Source: Klebsiella phage SopranoGao
Direction: 5' to 3' (one strand)
Length of the DNA: 61,644 nucleotides
Sequence record: NC_054966.1
Shown: positions 12,101 through 19,462 of the stretch, piece by piece
Position numbering within the stretch: the stretch's first letter is position 1
How the letters are laid out: each line of letters begins with the position of its first letter
The notes under the pieces: generated by a model
Database searches by the model: none
Told to the model about the DNA's origin: nothing
What the model saw: only the letters and a program-made list of their open reading frames with translations
Position numbers and translations under genes: made by a program

Positions 12101-15100
12101 TCGCGGCCGCCATTGTACCAGCTGCGCAGATACGGGCGAAGGCGGTTAATCGGAACATCGAGATCCGCCGCCATCGTGCGGGCGAAGTCTGCGAACTTGC
12201 GCACACCTGCTTCCAGGTGGAAAACAGCCAGCTCGGTACCGATAGCCAGGATTTCCGGATCCAGACCGCTGTTCAGCTGGCTGAATTTTGCTTTCAGCTT
12301 CTTACGCAGCTCGGCGGCGCGGTCCTGCGATACCAGTTTGTTGTTCGCGCCGTATTCAGTTTTTGGCGCGTTTTCTGCGGTTTTGGCCTGTTCTGATGCA
12401 CTTTCGGGCTGATTTGTTGCAGTTTCTGCCGGTTTTGGTTCAGCTTTCGCAGTTTCTGGTACGCGTTCGATTGTATCCTCAGCGTGAGAGCGAAGTTCTG
12501 CCAGCGCTTCGTCGCGGGTGCTACCGACTCCCTGTACCGGCAGATATTTTTCGCCGACCTTCACAAAGGCTCTCGCAACATGCGAACGATCCCCATCAGG
12601 ACCGGCACGGCGAGTAAAACTTGGCTCGGTGATTTCTGGTTGCTTTTCCTGTGCTGCTGGTGCTGGTTCAGCAACAGCCTCAACACGGTTAAAGCCCGAT
12701 CTGCGGGAATTGGCACGCTCCAGGTCTGCCAGGCTAACCGTAGTGCCGCCATTGGTTTCGAGGTTGGTCAGGTGAACAATGCCGTTCTTCTCGATCTGGT
12801 AAACGCGGTACTGCCTGCCAGCGGTGGTATAACCGATATCCTCCTGCGGAGTGACGATATCGCCCTCTTCAGCGCCCAGCAGCTTCTTCACACGGTTGTA
12901 GCGCGGCCCGTTCTTGCCTTTGGATGGAGCAGCTTTCTCGGTGGTACCCTCATTGGTGAGGGTACCATCCTGGCCTTTGGCGTGGATTTCGAAGCGACGA
13001 TCCACCAGACGGATTTCATGCGTGCCGGTGATGCCTTTTTTCTGCAGGTACTCGTTCGCCTTCCGCTCGGTACCGAACCATTTCTGGCTACCGTCTTTGT
13101 TAAGCGTTGGGTTCTGCTCTTCATTCGACGCCACCTGCTCCTGAGTTTTCCCACGCTGGGAAATACCCTGAATGGCATTTTTATCAATGACCGCATATTC
13201 GGTGCGTCCGCGCGGATCTGTACCGACGACAACGCCGTAACCTTTCGAAACCAGGTCGTTGATGGTGTTCTCGGAAAGGCGGGTAATGTCCCCTTCTTTC
13301 TGGAAAACCTTCGTGCCGGGCTTGATTTTCACGTCATAGACGGTCGGGGTACCCTCCATCATCCCGGCGTAGCCTTCAGCCTGCGCGGAATCCTTCTCGG
13401 AGGTGCCATAGAAACCGCCGTAAACCCGGCCTTTCTTGCCCTGTTTCTGACCATTGGCGCGAACAATCTGGATATCATCGAGCGTCAGGTTTCCATTTCC
13501 TGAACCGTGAACCAGCGTCATACCTTCAGCGCCAACGGTATTTTCACTGGTTGACTGTGGTACTTCTTCGGTCAGGGATGCACGCGACTTCTCATTAAGT
13601 CGGGTAGCCTCGGCGCTTTCCGCTTGCGTGCGCGAGTCCTTATTCAGCAACTCTTTCAGGCGGCGATTCTCAGATGGAGTAAGGCCGTTAGCCTGAACGG
13701 CTTCGGTATCTATTTCACCCTGCACAGGCGCGTTTTTCGCGTCAATTTCCTTCTCGACTTCACGGCGGGCTTTCGTCAGGCGCTCGTTCCAGCCGCCGGA
13801 TGATTTGGCTTGCTGGTGCAGATATTTCAGGCGGTCGCGCAACTCTGGCTCGGTCATTTCGCTGACGGCCTTCGGCTGGCGTGGCTGCTCTTCAGTTGCC
13901 TGCTCTACCTGCTGTGCTGGCTCATTCACCGCCTGCGCCGGTTGCTGCTGCACAACGTCGGCAGCGGCGTCCGGACGCACTACTTCATGCGGGCCAAACT
14001 CCAGGATTTCGCCGTTCTGGTCAGCAACGACAGCATTACCGTTACGGTATTCCTGAACGACGGCCGGGAATGCGGACTCCGGATCGTCGGATGGGATAAC
14101 CATCGTCTCCGCGCCCACCGGCCCCATGAACTCATCGGGGGTGTGGTTCTCGGCGGCAGCGGTATTCTGCTGTGCCTGGGCGGCCACATCCTCTGTGGTC
14201 TGCTGCACGCCAGCCTGAAGAGCGCGCCCCAGCGGCCCGGATGGTTTAACCTCCTGTGGCTGCTCGGTCGAAGACTGGCCGTTGCCCTCAGTAATCGTGA
14301 TGACTGGTCCTCCATCACGCCATTCACCGGTATAGCCCGGCGGCGGACCATTATCCTCGAACTTCACCGTTGGAATGGAGCTTCCGGAGTCTTCCTGGGT
14401 TTGATCGGCGGGATTGCTTTCGCTGACACGCGGCGCAGCAGCACCCATACCGGCACCCATGAGGCCACCCACGGCCAGACCGGCAGCGGCCTGGTTTGCC
14501 ACTCCCTTCATCAGCGGGGTGTTTGGATCTGCCTGCTGCATCGCATAGTTCTGGCTCATCTGCTGCGTGGCAGACTGCGGCATTTCCTCGAAAACGCCCT
14601 CACCAAGCGCCCCGGCGAGCGCCGCTTTAACGCGACCACCAGCGCGGTTAGTGATGATTTTTGCCAGCGCTCGATCACCCATGCCGCCGAAAATACCGGT
14701 GGAGATACCCGCCAGCATGAAGGCCTGGGAGGAAGCATTTTCCGCCAGCTGCGCGCGCGCCTGCTCGAAGGACAGGCCGCCGTCCATCAGCGACTTCATC
14801 GCATCGGAGTTAGCCAGCTGCTCTGGCTTCATCTTCAGGATATCTTCACGGACTTCACGGCTCGACTGGGCACCAGACAGGCCACCTTCCAGGATGCCAC
14901 CAGCGACTGTAGCAGTACGGGCAGCAGCTTTAGCGGCCACCTCGCGCGATGCACCGGATGCCAGGGCGCGGCGGTATGCCATCTGCGCCAGGCGGCCAGA
15001 TCCCCCCATCGTGAGCGCCATTTCCGGCAGGCTTTCCAGAATGCCGGACATATATGCGCGCGGATCGGACCAGGCCGGGCCAAAGTTATAGCCGGTGGAC

Positions 15101-16224
15101 TTCTTACCGTCGCCCAGGTCATCGCCCGGCTCGATAACGAAGGACTTCCGGCGCGCGGCCAGCATTTCAGGCGACAGGCGGCGCTCTACGCTCTCATCGT
15201 AGGCCTTAAACAGCTCCTGGGATGATCTTCCATTCGCCCAGCGGTCGAAGCGATCAGCAGCATCGACGATAGGCTTACCGATATACGGGATCTTGCCTAC
15301 CAGCTCCTGCACGTCCTTCGCTGCCGTGTTGAAACCAGAGTCGAGAAGCGCCAGCGCATCAGTAAACAGGTTGCCGTCTTTGTTGCCTTCCGGCTGCTTC
15401 TGCGGTTGCTGCGTGACAGATTGCTGCGCCGTCACCGCCTGGCCCGGCTGCACCAGGTCAGGAATATTGATTTCGATAGGCTTACCGCTCTGCATCGCCT
15501 GCTGCTGCATTTCCGGCGTGATGTGCTGCGACAGCTGCTGCATTTCCTCATCAGTGAGTGGGCGGTAGCGGCCTGGCTCTTCCTTGTTCATCTCATCGAG
15601 AAGCGCCTGGGTACGCTGGCGCGTCTGCTCCAGGTTCTCCATTGCGCTCTGCGCTGGCGGGTAATCCTGCGCGATCTGCTCCATGCGGGTTTGTGGCTGT
15701 TCCTGCTGCTGGGTTGGTTGACCGGCGGCAACGGACTGACCACCGCCCAGGAACTTCTCTGCGCGGCCTAAAACGTCTTTGCCGTACTGCGCTGTTTTCG
15801 GCCCCCACTGTTTGCGGTCATCACCACCAAAGTGCGCCTGCACTGCCTCCTGCATCGAGTAGCCTTTATCCAGGCGCTCACGCAGCTGGCGAGCAGCGGC
15901 ATCGATGGACTGCACAGGGTCGTAAGGGTTAATGCCCATACTTGAGGCGGTGCTATCGATGTACTGCATCAGGCCTTTAGCGCGGCCATATTTGGTAGGT
16001 ACGCCGATGGCGGTGGGGTTGAAAGAAGACTCCTGCTCTGCCAGACCCATCAGGACGTTAAACGGCACGCCGTATTTTTGGGATGCAGAGAGGAATTCAG
16101 CCTGGAACGGCACCGCGCCGCCGGTGTTGACGGTTTGCGCCTGCGGGCGCTGCGCCCAGTCAGGCAGGCCATAAGACGGCTGCTGGACAAGATCCAGCTC
16201 AGACGGCAAAGAGTTTTTAGCCAC
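3115..16224 (-). CDS. giant 4369-aa multidomain virion/ejection protein: N-terminal lytic transglycosylase, DarB-like N6-adenine methyltransferase plus SF2 helicase, HExxH motif, C-terminal hydrophobic region
   Basis: uninterrupted ORF with RBS GAGGA; domain motifs listed in sub-features. Confidence 0.85.
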   Translation of the reverse strand: MAKNSLPSELDLVQQPSYGLPDWAQRPQAQTVNTGGAVPFQAEFLSASQKYGVPFNVLMGLAEQESSFNPTAIGVPTKYGRAKGLMQYIDSTASSMGINPYDPVQSIDAAARQLRERLDKGYSMQEAVQAHFGGDDRKQWGPKTAQYGKDVLGRAEKFLGGGQSVAAGQPTQQQEQPQTRMEQIAQDYPPAQSAMENLEQTRQRTQALLDEMNKEEPGRYRPLTDEEMQQLSQHITPEMQQQAMQSGKPIEINIPDLVQPGQAVTAQQSVTQQPQKQPEGNKDGNLFTDALALLDSGFNTAAKDVQELVGKIPYIGKPIVDAADRFDRWANGRSSQELFKAYDESVERRLSPEMLAARRKSFVIEPGDDLGDGKKSTGYNFGPAWSDPRAYMSGILESLPEMALTMGGSGRLAQMAYRRALASGASREVAAKAAARTATVAGGILEGGLSGAQSSREVREDILKMKPEQLANSDAMKSLMDGGLSFEQARAQLAENASSQAFMLAGISTGIFGGMGDRALAKIITNRAGGRVKAALAGALGEGVFEEMPQSATQQMSQNYAMQQADPNTPLMKGVANQAAAGLAVGGLMGAGMGAAAPRVSESNPADQTQEDSGSSIPTVKFEDNGPPPGYTGEWRDGGPVITITEGNGQSSTEQPQEVKPSGPLGRALQAGVQQTTEDVAAQAQQNTAAAENHTPDEFMGPVGAETMVIPSDDPESAFPAVVQEYRNGNAVVADQNGEILEFGPHEVVRPDAAADVVQQQPAQAVNEPAQQVEQATEEQPRQPKAVSEMTEPELRDRLKYLHQQAKSSGGWNERLTKARREVEKEIDAKNAPVQGEIDTEAVQANGLTPSENRRLKELLNKDSRTQAESAEATRLNEKSRASLTEEVPQSTSENTVGAEGMTLVHGSGNGNLTLDDIQIVRANGQKQGKKGRVYGGFYGTSEKDSAQAEGYAGMMEGTPTVYDVKIKPGTKVFQKEGDITRLSENTINDLVSKGYGVVVGTDPRGRTEYAVIDKNAIQGISQRGKTQEQVASNEEQNPTLNKDGSQKWFGTERKANEYLQKKGITGTHEIRLVDRRFEIHAKGQDGTLTNEGTTEKAAPSKGKNGPRYNRVKKLLGAEEGDIVTPQEDIGYTTAGRQYRVYQIEKNGIVHLTNLETNGGTTVSLADLERANSRRSGFNRVEAVAEPAPAAQEKQPEITEPSFTRRAGPDGDRSHVARAFVKVGEKYLPVQGVGSTRDEALAELRSHAEDTIERVPETAKAEPKPAETATNQPESASEQAKTAENAPKTEYGANNKLVSQDRAAELRKKLKAKFSQLNSGLDPEILAIGTELAVFHLEAGVRKFADFARTMAADLDVPINRLRPYLRSWYNGGRDMMEDSGISIEGMDSPETVRTELAKLDTNEQQQQPAAKQTSALDDMVAQFDSEVTPNESQPLGEPGARPLETAPADAIRAAESEEPAGQRSPRSSGEDVSGSERAGGSGIQRARSVRDDAGEVPVSAGRSEPTGQRDESGSSQDAGSNADREQPGRGQRPTAGTVAEDRPARAFNIDADEIGKGGKKTKYRNNVAAILLLKDLERMNRQATQEEQAILAKYVGWGGIPEAFKRTDGSATSGWAREVAELDDILQPEEYQAAASSTKNAHYTSPEIVSGMWQAMQRLGFTGGRVLEPSVGVGNFFGLMPSDMRAASALHGVELDRITSGIATQLYPEAKIARMGYQDYVIPDGYFDIAIGNPPFGADKLYDGRRKDLSGFSIHNYFFARTVDALRPGGVMAMVVTNRFMDGASDKARQYIADRADLLGAIRLPNDAFAKNAGTQVTTDIIFLRKRQPDETPSAMNSSWLETVDFTDKNGKVVPLNKYFVTHPENMLGEFGAFGSMYRDGDSALIAREGQNTSQLLGEAIQRLPENVIKPVETVKPESRASVVAENARVGSVFLDGDNVMMRDSDELGETRATAVSFPNEKAKARVVGMIGVRDELAALRKLQLDPKADDAAIESARKRLNRAYDAFVKEHGYLNQDANKRLLRDDPTWPQLAALEDDFDKGLSATVAKKTGEEARQPSAKKAAIFSRRTQSPYTAPTSAATAKDALVASLAEKGRVDIEMMADLYGKEESQIIRELDDLIYSDPEKGWVTREEYLSGNVKTKLARARERAKTDAAFNRNVEALEAVQPKDIEAVDINVKPGATWLPADTMGAFADMIAETSGAKAFYNPVSAKWSFPGLASSAAAQTRYGTDRADVRTILEAAASQKAIQIFDNHRDGTRTLNETETQLANDKVNAVKEAFGRWIWSDDARRQSLARIYNDQFNTDVPREYDGSHLTFPGKISDDIIRLRPHQANAVWRIVQGGTTLADHVVGAGKTFTLIAAAMELRRMGLARKPLFAVPNHLVGQWATDFVKLYPGAKVLAATKRDFEKENRKKLFARISTGDWDAVIVAHSSFGKVQVDPEHEAEFIREQIDDLTSSIEAIREAEGQSSRNVKDAAKRRDALEERLKKLVDSENKDDSLYWSELGVDALFVDEAHEFKNLAYSTSMRNVAGLGDASGSQRAMDMFMKVRHVLKATGGRNVVFATGTPISNTMAEMYTMQRYMDYDNLKAQGLSHFDAWARMFGEVVTDWELSPSGKYKMTARFAKFVNMPELMQRYTSFADVINRDDINRQLAAQGKKLPVPKMKGGKPTNIVVPRSSMQATYIGEPTTDNNGIEQYPQGSLVYRAEHLPKKAEKGADNMLKIMSDARKVALDMRLIEPGAPDFERSKTNEAARRIKEDYDKWADDRGAQLVFIDLSTPKNAKAAEAARIRDLVEKAEQGDEAAAEQLDKLSPDELAALDGEFSVYDDLKQKLVALGIPENEIAFIHDAKTELQKEELFGKVRSGRVRVLLGSTSKMGAGMNVQDRLVALHHLDAPWRPSDLEQREGRIIRQGNKLYDRDPEGFEVGVYRYATKQTLDSRMWQTLEAKARFIEQVRKGNTAQREVEDIGGEAANAAEMKAASSGNPLILEEMTLRQKMRRLENERAGFDRDQYRIRDTIQQQRRKAEWMAKSLDELRQDVNLSVPDKFAMTINGQELEKRKDAGEALLSIAADMEHNHSDERQIGQYGDFPMSMERTSAEQFTINLEGAGSYTVNFGIGADPLGLTMRISNAVKDLGDAITVMEQGREKVLAEIPKLQEQLAEWPKAQELKDTRKRHAEVVDQLKPKKAEKPAENVAAPATEEPKPQYSVAANRAVRGALARGDAGALVAKLQKDGRIVIHDTPPENRRADAAGWVDPDGSIHLALSNLTADTAQSVLMHELFHSGMNAISGSPRWNNLISRLNEYVEAASRREGRETAWDRAYTRIEQSEEGSRRAEELGAYAVEHFEQMPPGIRKWAETVIGTVKNWVQQRFSVQLGDVTPSQLRALAAGAVRNQSPVKGATDTAYSMKPGEAKKEAEAFYGKKIDATRDLTGDALTAAMPTLLHWTPGRFLLKRVAKDIPALGEYADIKLKMDTFRDEWHALTDKLAQRWQKYRAKNAAENSQLMQIMHESTLAQADPSEKFESRLNGADLKILRDKKTSSDEWQQANKKAMDESAREKEWTRLSAEFQKLSPEGQALYRDVRDLYSKLANTQEAIIVANLEKAMEFRIKEAQRDFEDEMQAINDEGLKGEDREKAITAAKKKLDNARRRDAWNRRARVNQLRQEFESNRLAGPYFPLARFGDYFVTARNKKTNEIEVFSRQETPFQQSRVAKELRKQGFDVETGLISKTAELRKQVPAEFVARIEDILKGLPAAKETQDQVWQLYLERMPDMSLRKNRIHRKGRAGFEEDALRAFASHMFHGAHQTARMKFAMDLQDQLDEAKRQTKYTRNPTRSGLVLEQAEKNHQYVMNPTSNRIAQVATQGAFMWYLAQSPAAALVNMGQTVIVAPSKLAAFYDKGTARGMAVALGQINKAMFDLANGRTFAEQSRRVTPQEKAAVSEAYRIGLITRTQSHDVAGIADSGIKYRPTRARIMAAMSFMFHHTERINREATFLAAYRIARKRGLDHQNAIRKASELTWDSHYDYQNSSRPAVMHSNTGKALLVFRNYSLNMISDLAYTTYEIINPRNAQERREARTQMIGLLGSLAFNTGIRGLPLYGLLMVIAGMFSDDGEDPEVELKKTLLQYLPPSMVGIMMDGVPGYAFGVELSGRIGFGDLWFRSDDMDREGDSAYLYWLQQLLGPASSIPYTAVRGISQIQDGYTWRGMENLVPKAIRDPMKAYRYYSEGVTTKNGDPIVDEVGGWDVLKQAMGFTPARVTEQYKLNSYNMNKQKAITEERSKLLGDFYKAWKAGDEKKVDQITDKMRAYSEKYPEMRIDGAAVRSSLSRREKYRGQALGGMNYNQKLIPRLQEEQPGKVYR
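6355..6369 (-). other. HExxH (HELFH) zincin-like motif in C-terminal third of giant protein (aa ~3286-3290)
   Basis: VLMHELFHSG with Glu ~20 aa downstream. Confidence 0.35.
7450..9237 (-). other. SF2 (DEAH) helicase domain of giant protein (aa ~2330-2925)
   Basis: Walker A GAGKT, motif II DEAH (LFVDEAHEF), motif VI QREGRIIRQG. Confidence 0.7.
10735..11487 (-). other. N6-adenine DNA methyltransferase domain of giant protein (aa ~1580-1830)
   Basis: SAM motif LEPSVGVGNFFG and catalytic NPPFG (about 11011-11025). Confidence 0.7.
15805..16092 (-). other. soluble lytic transglycosylase (SLT) domain of giant protein (aa ~45-140)
   Basis: LAEQESSFNP catalytic Glu-Ser motif, GLMQYIDSTA, YDP. Confidence 0.7.
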
Positions 16225-16248
16225 TATATTTCCTCGGAGAATTGGCCG

Positions 16249-17430
16249 TCACTTGACGGGGATCATTACCGGTTTGCCGGTTTTGGTGTCGTAGCCCAGC
16301 GCCATACGCGGCTGCGCACCCTGCGTTTGCTGGCTGGACGGTGGTGTCAGTCCCGCCCCCTGGCCGCCATAGTAGCCACTGGCCGCCTCATCACGCGCCT
16401 TCAGCTCTTTTACTGCGCGCTCGGTTTTCTCGGAAGCGCTCAGCTTCTGCCAGTCCTTATCGAGAATGTCTTTATCCTTCTCGGTGACGTAGGTATCGAT
16501 GCGCTTCGTGATGGGAACGCCCTGATTTTCCAGCCCGACCATCTGAGGAGCAAGAGATTTAATACGATCCTCTGGCACGCCGCGAGAGCGCAGGTACTCT
16601 TCCTTCGCTTTTGCATCGCGCACGACATTACTTCCGCCGCCATTACGCTGCTTCTCAGCCTCTTCAGCGCGGCGCAGCTGCGACTGGTTCGCCTGTGCCT
16701 CCAGCGTGTTACCCTGCTGGGCCTGTAGCTTCACCATATCTCGCTGGAATCCTCGTTCCTCTTTCTGCATCTCAGCTTTGGCTTTCGTACTGGCGGCGAT
16801 CTGCTGGGTCGCGTAATCAAAGACGTTTTTCGGGTCAGTAAACGGCATTACCGTGCGATAAGCGTCCTCCAGCGTCTTGAAGGTATGCGTCGTGGTTTCG
16901 CCGGTCGCGTCGTTTTTCAGGGTGATATCCATCCCTGCGGCGTTGCCGTCTTTGTCGCGGGTGAGCTTCGCATTCACCGCCGACCAGCCGTTTTCGAAGT
17001 AGCCCGGCTGATTGAACAGCTTCACCATGCTGCCCATCGCCCCTTCAGCGTCACCAAGCTGAACGGCACGCATGAAGGATGATCCGTACTTTAGCCCCTG
17101 CTGAACATTTTCGTTCTGCATGTAGGTGCGGAAAGCGTTGGCCTTCTCCACATCTCCATTTTGCAGGTACTGCTGGTAATACTTCGGCACAAACTGCTCG
17201 TTGTATACCTTCGCCATGCTCTCGATTGTGCCGTCAGTACCGGCCATCGCCTTCCCGGCATCTACACCGATCTGGCGTATAGCCTGCTGGTCCTGCTGCT
17301 GCTGCTCCAGGTTCGTGATCTGCATATCCTGCAGCTTTTGCCGCGATTTTGCGTTCTGGATATTCGCATAGGTTTCTGCGCCCTGGCCTAAACCTTGCAT
17401 AAATGAGCCTAACCCTCCACCGAATGCCAT
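16249..17430 (-). CDS. internal virion / ejection protein candidate (393 aa, Gln/Lys-rich)
   Basis: position immediately upstream of giant gene, low-complexity coiled-coil composition. Confidence 0.4.
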   Translation of the reverse strand: MAFGGGLGSFMQGLGQGAETYANIQNAKSRQKLQDMQITNLEQQQQDQQAIRQIGVDAGKAMAGTDGTIESMAKVYNEQFVPKYYQQYLQNGDVEKANAFRTYMQNENVQQGLKYGSSFMRAVQLGDAEGAMGSMVKLFNQPGYFENGWSAVNAKLTRDKDGNAAGMDITLKNDATGETTTHTFKTLEDAYRTVMPFTDPKNVFDYATQQIAASTKAKAEMQKEERGFQRDMVKLQAQQGNTLEAQANQSQLRRAEEAEKQRNGGGSNVVRDAKAKEEYLRSRGVPEDRIKSLAPQMVGLENQGVPITKRIDTYVTEKDKDILDKDWQKLSASEKTERAVKELKARDEAASGYYGGQGAGLTPPSSQQTQGAQPRMALGYDTKTGKPVMIPVK

Positions 17431-17717
17431 TAGCTGTTACCCCCAAACAAAGATTTGACGAACGCCCAGGAGTTGTCTACCTGCGGCTGAGCGGGCTGCT
17501 GCGGAGATAATCCCGCTCCCTGCTGAGGTGCCTGCGCCCCCTGTTGCGGAGTCTGCCCCGGTTGCTGGATAGGAATGCCTCCGCCCTGCTGCTGTGTCCC
17601 TGGCTGCTGCGTGGCAATCTTGTCCATCATGTCGTTCTGTTTTTGCTGGGTTTCCATCTTTTTAGCGCTGGCCATGCCACCAGCAGCACCCTGAAGAAAC
17701 GCTCCTAATCCAGCCAT
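17430..17717 (-). CDS. small Gln/Gly/Pro-rich protein (95 aa)
   Basis: ATGA-type overlap with both neighbours; compositionally biased. Confidence 0.4.
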   Translation of the reverse strand: MAGLGAFLQGAAGGMASAKKMETQQKQNDMMDKIATQQPGTQQQGGGIPIQQPGQTPQQGAQAPQQGAGLSPQQPAQPQVDNSWAFVKSLFGGNS

Positions 17718-18967
17718 TACGCGGCCTCCTTCTTACGTTGTGGAAGCCCACGGCCTTTCGCCAGCGCATCGACTTTCTTATCGAGCTGCTGCACCGCGCC
17801 CATAGTGACGCCGACCGCATCCATGAGGTTGATCATCTTGCCGTTGCCTTTGCCGGTCGCGGCCTGGAAATCCTCGGCGTATGGCCCGATGTGCTCACCA
17901 CCGTCCGCGATGCCGTCTTTGTACTTCCATTCGCCAACCGGCATGCGGCGCACTGCTTCAAGCGATCCCGTAGCCGGGCGCTTGTCCTCTTTGAATTCCT
18001 TCGAAGAAAACGCCATGAGGCCCATTCCAGCCAGCGAACCCAGGCCGCCCCACAAGCTATTAGATTGCTGCTGGTTAGCCTGCCAGGCGTTGAGCTGGTT
18101 CTGGTACTGCTGGTTCAGGGTATTGGCCTGGTTGCCGTATCCGGTCATCGCGGCCTGATAGCCCTGGCCCATGATGCTGGACAGGCCAGCGGCCTGCGCA
18201 TTGTTACCGGCGGTGGTCTGCATCGCGGCGGATCCTGCGCTGGTGGACAGCCCCAGCGACGACGCCGGGTTAACTGCCAGACCTTTACCCATGTTGACGG
18301 CATCGGCCTGCAGTGACAGCGCCTGATTGCGCACCGTGTTACGGGCGTTGTTTTCGGCACCGGCAGCGGCCAGCGCGGTAGCATTCTCGCCGGAACGCTC
18401 AACACCGGCATAGCGGCCGCTGGTAGGGTCAACACCCATCGACGCCATATTACGCTCGGTAGCCTGGCGCTGCTGAGAGGCATTATTCAGCACATCGGCT
18501 TTTGCTTCTGCCGCCTGCTGCGCCTGCCGTTCTGCGCTATCCCAGTTTTGCGCCTTATCGATGAACTGATCTTCGAGCGGCTTGAACGTGTTGTTGTAGC
18601 GGTCGCGGTCTTCCGTCGCCCACTGCTGCGCCTGCTTACTGGCATCGAGCTGCTGCTGCGTTACCTGGTTCGCGAGTACGTCCTGCTCTTTCTGGCGCTC
18701 GTTCGATACAGCAAACTGATCCTTAGCAAAGCTAAGCCATTCCTCACCAAGCTCGGCCTGCTTCATTGCAGCTTTGCCGATATTTGGGTCTGGAGACGGT
18801 GAGCTGCTGCCACCCTTTTTGAACATCAGCAGCTTTTCCCATGGCTTCTCTTCCGGCTTCTTCTCCAGCTCCTGGTCGCCAGGAGAGATAAACGCATAGG
18901 CCAGCTGCGGCTGCATAAACATAGCGACAGCAATCAGCAGGGTCAGGATATAATGGATCTCGTTCAT
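17717..18967 (-). CDS. 416-aa protein with N-terminal signal/TM, Q/N-rich middle and C-terminal S74 intramolecular-chaperone domain
   Basis: N-term MNEIHYILTLLIAVAMFMQPQLAYA; C-term SSKEFKEDKRP...WKYKD...HIGPYAEDF matches Peptidase_S74 pattern. Confidence 0.55.
   Translation of the reverse strand: MNEIHYILTLLIAVAMFMQPQLAYAFISPGDQELEKKPEEKPWEKLLMFKKGGSSSPSPDPNIGKAAMKQAELGEEWLSFAKDQFAVSNERQKEQDVLANQVTQQQLDASKQAQQWATEDRDRYNNTFKPLEDQFIDKAQNWDSAERQAQQAAEAKADVLNNASQQRQATERNMASMGVDPTSGRYAGVERSGENATALAAAGAENNARNTVRNQALSLQADAVNMGKGLAVNPASSLGLSTSAGSAAMQTTAGNNAQAAGLSSIMGQGYQAAMTGYGNQANTLNQQYQNQLNAWQANQQQSNSLWGGLGSLAGMGLMAFSSKEFKEDKRPATGSLEAVRRMPVGEWKYKDGIADGGEHIGPYAEDFQAATGKGNGKMINLMDAVGVTMGAVQQLDKKVDALAKGRGLPQRKKEAA
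17756..18007 (-). other. Peptidase S74 / intramolecular chaperone autoprocessing domain (aa ~321-404 of 416-aa protein)
   Basis: S-x-K-E-F-K-E-D, LEAVRRMPVGEWKYKD, IGPYAEDF motifs. Confidence 0.55.
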
Positions 18968-18970
18968 GGT

Positions 18971-19396
18971 TCATTTCCTGTACATTTCCGGTATGAAACG
19001 GCAGTTTTCCCGCAGCATGCCCAGTACGATAAGGTCGTCATCGGGCAGTGCATGGCGGATAAAGCCTTCACGCTCAAAGCCCAGGTGCAGATCGAAGCGG
19101 AGAGCGGCGGCGTTCTTTGCGGGCACCAGGCCAGTTACCCGGCGCATGCCCCACTGTACGAAAGGGTGTGAAAAGCTCGCGCAGAGGAAAGCGCGTGAAA
19201 GCCAGTTTGGCCCGCCATCACTGGCGATATGCATGTTGCAGTCACACTCTGAAAAGCCGTCATAGAGGGTGACAGCGCGCAATTTGCCGTCAGTTTCCCA
19301 GCCGATAGCCTTCACATCGGTACGCGGCTGGAAGTGGATTATCTCGCTGGCCCAGCTGACCAGCTCGGCATCCCGGCCATAGATGATGTTTGCCAT
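18971..19396 (-). CDS. GNAT-like acetyltransferase candidate (141 aa)
   Basis: RFDLHLGFEREGF-type motif; start at MANIIYG; weak assignment. Confidence 0.3.
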   Translation of the reverse strand: MANIIYGRDAELVSWASEIIHFQPRTDVKAIGWETDGKLRAVTLYDGFSECDCNMHIASDGGPNWLSRAFLCASFSHPFVQWGMRRVTGLVPAKNAAALRFDLHLGFEREGFIRHALPDDDLIVLGMLRENCRFIPEMYRK

Positions 19397-19407
19397 ACGT
19401 TTGCCCC

Positions 19408-19444
19408 GTTGCCCTTTTAGCAACATGATAGACAAAAGGGCAAC
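19408..19444. promoter_or_regulatory. palindrome GTTGCCCTTTT-N15-AAAAGGGCAAC (GTTGC-N27-GCAAC class) upstream of 18971-19396 gene
   Basis: perfect 11-bp inverted arms. Confidence 0.5.
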
Positions 19445-19462
19445 GCACGACCATTACCAAGT

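Noticed and set aside
3661-15932. Numerous plus-strand track ORFs (e.g. 7666-8703, 12484-13503, 13810-15225, 6166-7008) lying antisense within the giant minus-strand gene
   Set aside because: They sit entirely inside a well-supported 13-kb coding region on the opposite strand. They show Arg/Leu/Gly-skewed, low-complexity composition typical of antisense frames in GC-rich DNA, and they lack RBS and operon context.
18971-19435. Full 154-aa track ORF as the acetyltransferase-like gene
   Set aside because: The upstream 13 codons overlap the palindromic hairpin 19408-19444. Start is placed at MANIIYG (19396). Even so, the GNAT assignment rests on one motif and is kept at low confidence.
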